From the NCBI GenBank assembly GCA_964397135.1, contig CAYNHM010000023.1, positions 1,323 through 65,322 on the forward strand: a stretch of DNA of 64,000 nt. The letters run 5' to 3'. The notes beneath the pieces are model-generated. The model worked only from the letters and a program-made list of their open reading frames with translations, was not told the DNA's origin and searched no databases. The translations under genes and the position numbers were made by a program. Source of the DNA: an uncultured Rikenellaceae bacterium. GTDB taxonomy: Bacteria > Bacteroidota > Bacteroidia > Bacteroidales > Tenuifilaceae. Shown in pieces: positions 59,006 through 64,000 of this stretch (its first letter is position 1; every line of letters begins with the position of its first letter).

Positions 59006-61234
59006 ATGAAAAACATTATACTTTCAATCATTCTACCTTTAGCATTGCTCGGTTGTACGTTAAAATCAACGAATAAAATAAGGCTTGTTATTGATGGAAA
59101 AAGCGATTACACCATCGTAATTCCTGAAAATGCAAATAGCTACGAAAAACGGGCTGCAGAATTCCTTCAATACCACCTTAAAGAAATTTCAGGAGTGGAG
59201 TTACCCATTATTCAAACAAATCCTCCCGAATCAGAGCATATCATCATAATATCTACAAATCAGGAAAAATTACTGGATGATGGGTTTGAAATAAACACAT
59301 TAGAAAATAAACTGTATATAAATGGAGGTAAAGGACGAGGTTGTATTTATGGAGTAAGCGAAATTCTGGAGAGTTTTTTTGGGGTTAAATATTATAGCCC
59401 CGATCATGTAAAAATCCCCGAAACAAAGAATATCATACTCCCATCAATAAACATCGCCGGTTCATCGCCAAACACATACAGAAATATCAACGGCGATTTC
59501 TCGAAACATCAGGATTATAAAGATTTTCATCGTCTTCACATCATTGACGATATGTTTGCAAAAGGGTACTATGTTCATACATTTCAAAGACTTTTACCTT
59601 GGGCTGAATATTATCATAAGCACCCCGAGTACTATGCCTATATGAATGGCAAACGGATTATTGACCAACTATGCCTGACTAATGAGGATGTTTTTAGAAT
59701 AGTTATAGAGAAACTTCGTGAAGAAATGGAGCTACAACCCGATAAGAAAGTATGGTCGGTAAGTCAGGATGATAACTTCTCTTACTGCCAATGCGAAAAG
59801 TGCACAAAGATTATTGAGGAAGAGGGTATCCCTGCCGGTCCAATCATTCGCTTTGTTAATCGCATTGCCGACGAGTTTCCCGATAAAATCATCTCTACTC
59901 TGGCCTACCAGTATAGCCGTCAGGCTCCAAGGCAAACAAAGCCAAGGGAGAATGTGCAGATCATGCTTTGCACCATTGAGCTTAACCGTAGCGAGGCTAT
60001 TACAACAGATCCCTCCAGCGTTTCATTCCTAAAGGACCTTGAGGATTGGGGCAAGATCAGCAACCATATCTACCTTTGGGATTACACCGTGAACTTTAAC
60101 CATCATGTTAGCCCATTCCCAAACCTGCATATTCTTCAGCCAAACATACGGCTCTTCGTTAAGCATAAGGTTAATGAGCATTTCCAGCAGTCGAATACCA
60201 GCTCAGGACACGAGTTCTCGGAGTTGAAATCGTATCTAATTGCCAAATTACTTTGGAATCCTGAAGCAGATATTAAAACCATAATTGAGGAGTTTACCAA
60301 CGGGTATTACGGCCCTGCGGCCAAATGGATCAGAGCATATATCGATGCCATGGAGATTGAGATTGTCCGCTTGGGTAATCGGCTCGATATCTACGAACCA
60401 CCTACCAACCACCAGTTTGGACTGCTTTCGGCTGAGAATGTGGATAAATACCTAAATTTTTTTCAAAAAGCAGAGAAGGCAGTGAAAAATCAATCGCCTT
60501 ACAACCTTCACGTTAGGCAAGCCAAAATGTCGTTGCAATATGCTATAATGGAAATCGGCAAGAACGACATGTTCGGGCCCAGAGGATGGTATAAAGAGGT
60601 TGATGGTGATTTTAAGCCAAAGCAGGAGATGGTGGATATGCTCGAAGAGTTCTACCAAACTAGTATCGAATGCGCTGTAAAAACGGTAAATGAATCAGGG
60701 CTAACACCCGAAAAGTACTACCTTTCCACTAAAAGGTTTATTGATGTTCAGGTGAAGGGCAACCTTGCGTTCCGCAAGAAGGTAACCGCTGATCCTCAAC
60801 CAGCCCAGAAGTACAGCCAGGGAAATCTGGCATACCTTACCAACGGGGTTCGGGGTGCCAACGACTATAATGTACACTGGATTGGCTGGGAGGCAAAGGA
60901 TTTTGAATTAGTGCTTGATTTAGAGAAAAAAATAAGCGCATCTGCCATTGAAATAAGCACACTTTGGGATCCCAAGAGTTGGATACTTCACCCAAAGTCG
61001 GTTGCCTGTTACATTTCTGATGATGGCATTAACTACAACCTTCTTGAAAAGCAGGTTGTCATAGGTGATCAGAAAACCGAGAGTATCAATCGCCTTTATC
61101 GTTTCCTAGCCCGGGATAATACGTTCCGCTACGTAAAGTTCGATGTGAAGGGAACGCTTTCTCTATTCGACTGGCATCCATCGGCAGGTGGAGACTCTTG
61201 GGTTTTTGTGGATGAAGTTGTGGTTCATCAGTAA
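59006..61234 (+). CDS. DUF4838-family protein with a C-terminal F5/8 type C domain, lipoprotein
   Basis: Lipobox LLGCT. Length and central blocks (CLTNEDV...CQCEKC...STLAYQY...WDYTVNF) are typical of DUF4838. C-terminal discoidin-like block ends WVFVDEVVV. Confidence 0.6.
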   Translation: MKNIILSIILPLALLGCTLKSTNKIRLVIDGKSDYTIVIPENANSYEKRAAEFLQYHLKEISGVELPIIQTNPPESEHIIIISTNQEKLLDDGFEINTLENKLYINGGKGRGCIYGVSEILESFFGVKYYSPDHVKIPETKNIILPSINIAGSSPNTYRNINGDFSKHQDYKDFHRLHIIDDMFAKGYYVHTFQRLLPWAEYYHKHPEYYAYMNGKRIIDQLCLTNEDVFRIVIEKLREEMELQPDKKVWSVSQDDNFSYCQCEKCTKIIEEEGIPAGPIIRFVNRIADEFPDKIISTLAYQYSRQAPRQTKPRENVQIMLCTIELNRSEAITTDPSSVSFLKDLEDWGKISNHIYLWDYTVNFNHHVSPFPNLHILQPNIRLFVKHKVNEHFQQSNTSSGHEFSELKSYLIAKLLWNPEADIKTIIEEFTNGYYGPAAKWIRAYIDAMEIEIVRLGNRLDIYEPPTNHQFGLLSAENVDKYLNFFQKAEKAVKNQSPYNLHVRQAKMSLQYAIMEIGKNDMFGPRGWYKEVDGDFKPKQEMVDMLEEFYQTSIECAVKTVNESGLTPEKYYLSTKRFIDVQVKGNLAFRKKVTADPQPAQKYSQGNLAYLTNGVRGANDYNVHWIGWEAKDFELVLDLEKKISASAIEISTLWDPKSWILHPKSVACYISDDGINYNLLEKQVVIGDQKTESINRLYRFLARDNTFRYVKFDVKGTLSLFDWHPSAGGDSWVFVDEVVVHQ

Positions 61235-61261
61235 TTTTTTTATTAACAAAATATAGTTGAC

Positions 61262-63142
61262 ATGATAAACAATTTACTCAAAACCATCTTACTATTAATG
61301 CTCATAGCATTTGTAGGGACAAGCTGTGTAGAACAGCCCAAGCATACATTTCGTATTGCTAACGGACATTTTCTGCTAGATGAACAACCAATAATGTTTT
61401 TCTCCGGCGAAATCCATCCTTCGCGCATTCCACGCGAATACTGGCATGATAGATTGCAAATGATCCGTGCAATGGGTATGAACGCCATAAGCATCTACAT
61501 GTTTTGGAATGTTCATGAGCCATATCCCGGTAAATACAATTTTAAAGGCAACGCAGATATTGCTGAATTCATTCGTCTTGCCCAAAATGAGGGTTTGTGG
61601 GTTATGCTCAGACCCAGCCCTTATGTATGTGCCGAATGGGAGTTCGGAGGTTATCCCTGGTGGCTCCTGAAAGAAGAGGGACTTATGGTTCGAAGTAAAG
61701 ACCCTCGTTTTATCAATGCTTATCGCAACTATGTTTTAGAGTTAGGTAAACATTTAGCACCTCTTCAAATTGATCAGGGTGGTCCTATCATCATGGTTCA
61801 GATAGAGAACGAATACGGCTTCTATGGTAGCGATAAGGAATACCTTGCCATAAACCGTGATATTTTCCGCGAAGCCGGGTTTACTTGCGATTTGTTTACC
61901 TGCGATCCTCCATACACAATAGATGCAGGACATCTACCCGGAATATATGCTGCTATTAACGGAGGGATTAAACCTAAAGATGTTATGGAAACTCAAAAAC
62001 GAATTAATGGAAGTGGACCATACTTCATTTCGGAGTGGTATCCAGCCTGGTTCGATGTATGGGGGAAAAAGCATCACACATCTCCTGAAGAAAAGTTTAC
62101 TGAGTACCTCGATTCTATTTTTTACTACGGTATTTCGCTAAATATGTATATGGCTCATGGTGGCTCAAATTTTGGGTTTATGAATGGAGCCAATTACGAT
62201 ACTTACATGCCATATCAATCGCAAACGCAGAGTTATGATTATGATGCCCCCATCAATGAAGCAGGTAACCCAACCCCCAAATTCTTTGCCTATCGCCAAC
62301 TTGTGAAGAAATATGCTCCAGAAGGCTACCACATCCCAGATGTTACAAAGCCAAAAAAATCCATGGTTATTGCCCCGTTTAAGTTAGATCAAGTATCACA
62401 TATTGAAGATCATAAACCCGAACCCATAAAATCAGAACGTCCCTTAAGCTTTGAGGATATCAACCAAGGTTATGGTTACGTTATGTACGAAACCAATTTG
62501 CCCGCAGGGCAAGGATGGCTAAAGATTAAAGAGTTGCGCGATTATGGTATTGTTTTGCTTAATGGTATTCGTGTTGGGGTGGTTGATCGACGTATTGAAC
62601 TCGACTCAATTTACCTTTCAGTTCCTGCCGAAAATGCTAGGTTATCACTGTTTATTGAAAACCTTGGGCGTATTAATTTTGGCACCTTCCTTACCGATAA
62701 TCGAAAGGGTATTACCGAGGCAGTCTTCTTTAACAATCAGGAATTGGTAAACTGGGAAATGTATGGTTATCCTTTTGATGATCTTAGTAATTTCAAATTT
62801 ACTCAGGATCAGCAAATTGAGCAATCCGCTCAATGGCCACTACTTCGCAAAGGTGAGTTCCATTTGGATGAAGTGGCAGATACCTACCTTGACATGCAAG
62901 AATTTGGGAAAGGTAGTGTGTGGGTTAATGGGCATCATATTGGTAGATATTGGCAAATAGGACCTCAACAAACTCTTTATATTCCAGCACCCTGGTTAAG
63001 AAAGGGTAAAAATGAAGTATTTGTTTTCGAAATGCTAAAAACTTGGCAACAAAATATCCAGGCAATTAATCATCCTATTCTTGATCAACTTAATGAAGAA
63101 TTATTTGTTGGACCCACATCAGTACAACAAATTGAATATTAA
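61262..63142 (+). CDS. GH35 beta-galactosidase, lipoprotein
   Basis: GMNAISIYMFWNVHEP, RPSPYVCAEWEFGGYPWWL, and IQIENEYG (acid/base Glu block). Confidence 0.85.
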   Translation: MINNLLKTILLLMLIAFVGTSCVEQPKHTFRIANGHFLLDEQPIMFFSGEIHPSRIPREYWHDRLQMIRAMGMNAISIYMFWNVHEPYPGKYNFKGNADIAEFIRLAQNEGLWVMLRPSPYVCAEWEFGGYPWWLLKEEGLMVRSKDPRFINAYRNYVLELGKHLAPLQIDQGGPIIMVQIENEYGFYGSDKEYLAINRDIFREAGFTCDLFTCDPPYTIDAGHLPGIYAAINGGIKPKDVMETQKRINGSGPYFISEWYPAWFDVWGKKHHTSPEEKFTEYLDSIFYYGISLNMYMAHGGSNFGFMNGANYDTYMPYQSQTQSYDYDAPINEAGNPTPKFFAYRQLVKKYAPEGYHIPDVTKPKKSMVIAPFKLDQVSHIEDHKPEPIKSERPLSFEDINQGYGYVMYETNLPAGQGWLKIKELRDYGIVLLNGIRVGVVDRRIELDSIYLSVPAENARLSLFIENLGRINFGTFLTDNRKGITEAVFFNNQELVNWEMYGYPFDDLSNFKFTQDQQIEQSAQWPLLRKGEFHLDEVADTYLDMQEFGKGSVWVNGHHIGRYWQIGPQQTLYIPAPWLRKGKNEVFVFEMLKTWQQNIQAINHPILDQLNEELFVGPTSVQQIEY

Positions 63143-64000
63143 TGAAATACTGTTATTATATTTTATCTTTCTCTTTGGTTTGCATTTTATATTCATGCGG
63201 CAAGATTAATTATTCTGAGAAATTTATCTTTTTTGATCTAAATTCATCTTTGGATCAAAAAATTCGAATGGCTGCACATGTGGTTCCAACTGCACAGCAG
63301 CTGGAATGGCAAAAACTAGAATTAACTGCTTTTATCCACTTTGGCATTAACACTTTCACCGAACGTGAATGGGGCGATGGTACCGAATCTCCTATCCTAT
63401 TTAACCCAACTGAACTAGATGCCATGCAATGGGTTAAAACCCTAAAAAATGGTGGTTTTAAAATGGTTATTCTCACTGCTAAACACCATGATGGCTTTTG
63501 TTTATGGCCAACCAAAACCACCAGCCACTCAGTGGCTGCTTCGTTCTGGCGCGAAGGCAACGGCGATTTAGTGCGAGAGGTTAAAAATGCCTGCGATTCG
63601 CTTGGACTTAAGTTTGGCGTTTACCTATCGCCTTGGGATAGAAACGCTCAATCCTATGGCGATTCACCTAGGTACAACGAATTCTTCAGGCAGCAGCTCA
63701 CCGAACTGTTAAGCTGGTATGGCACAGTTGACGAGGTGTGGTTCGATGGTGCCTGTGGTGAAGGTCCCAATGGGAAAAAGCAGGAATATGACTGGGCATC
63801 GTATTACGAAGTAATCCACATGTTGCAGCCCAATGCTGTTGCAGCCATAATGGGTGAGGATGTGCGCTGGGTAGGGACCGAAACAGGTTATGGCAGACCA
63901 ACCGAGTGGAGCGTTACCGTATTAGCTCCTGGCGGACGAAAAGAAATGCAGGAGATAAACCAAACCCTTGGTTTAAATGAAATGTCGGCTGATATGGGAA
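63142..64000 (+). CDS. GH29 alpha-L-fucosidase, lipoprotein, 3' end outside the window
   Basis: Not in the ORF track because it has no stop in the window. The ATG overlaps the upstream TAA (TAATG). My own translation gives MKYCYYILSFSLVCILYSCGK...FIHFGINTFTEREWG...LTAKHHDGFCLWPT...EVWFDGA. Confidence 0.8.
   Translation, partial: MKYCYYILSFSLVCILYSCGKINYSEKFIFFDLNSSLDQKIRMAAHVVPTAQQLEWQKLELTAFIHFGINTFTEREWGDGTESPILFNPTELDAMQWVKTLKNGGFKMVILTAKHHDGFCLWPTKTTSHSVAASFWREGNGDLVREVKNACDSLGLKFGVYLSPWDRNAQSYGDSPRYNEFFRQQLTELLSWYGTVDEVWFDGACGEGPNGKKQEYDWASYYEVIHMLQPNAVAAIMGEDVRWVGTETGYGRPTEWSVTVLAPGGRKEMQEINQTLGLNEMSADMG

Overview
AT-rich chromosomal segment with the hallmarks of an anaerobic Bacteroidota genome. 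These hallmarks are TAnnTTTG-type -7 boxes, many lipoprotein signal peptides, DUF3822 and DUF4838 proteins, and a glycoside-hydrolase operon. I support about 50 protein genes, one tRNA-Asp(GTC) and several intrinsic terminators. I saw no transposase, integrase, CRISPR array, rRNA or obvious prophage or defence genes. From left to right the window contains the following. (1) Housekeeping and envelope genes: MsrA, a RecD-like helicase, RsmD, TrkH, an ECF sigma/anti-sigma module with two CpxP-like proteins, agmatinase with a deoxyhypusine-synthase-like protein, FloA/NfeD, ClpS, and a large TPR/PD40/SPOR protein. (2) A minus-strand redox operon: NuoE-like, NuoF/HydB-like, a 1226-aa 2Fe2S-GltD-NuoG/FdhA-like fusion and a rubrerythrin-like protein, located next to gdhA. 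(3) Two tandem paralogous giant signalling enzymes (1166 and 988 aa). Each fuses a degenerate receiver, an intact-looking receiver and a PEP-synthase-type ATP-grasp domain. Each also has a short C-terminal region that looks like a phosphohistidine swivel domain, and neither has a PEP/pyruvate domain. A convergent orphan receiver follows them. (4) A DUF364 / ModE-N / WtpABC-type tungstate-molybdate uptake operon. (5) HtpG, an aminotransferase, MltG and a YgeY-YgeW pair. (6) A tightly packed operon of lipoprotein glycosidases (GH20, GH29-PA14, GH20, DUF4838, GH35, GH29), divergent from a CBM9-like protein and a large serine hydrolase. The best candidate for an undescribed system is the receiver-fused PpsA-like dikinase pair at 27924-34606; the fused Bfu-type redox complex comes second. 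All family calls come from motif recognition by eye. No HMM, BLAST or structure search was run, and no percent identities were computed.
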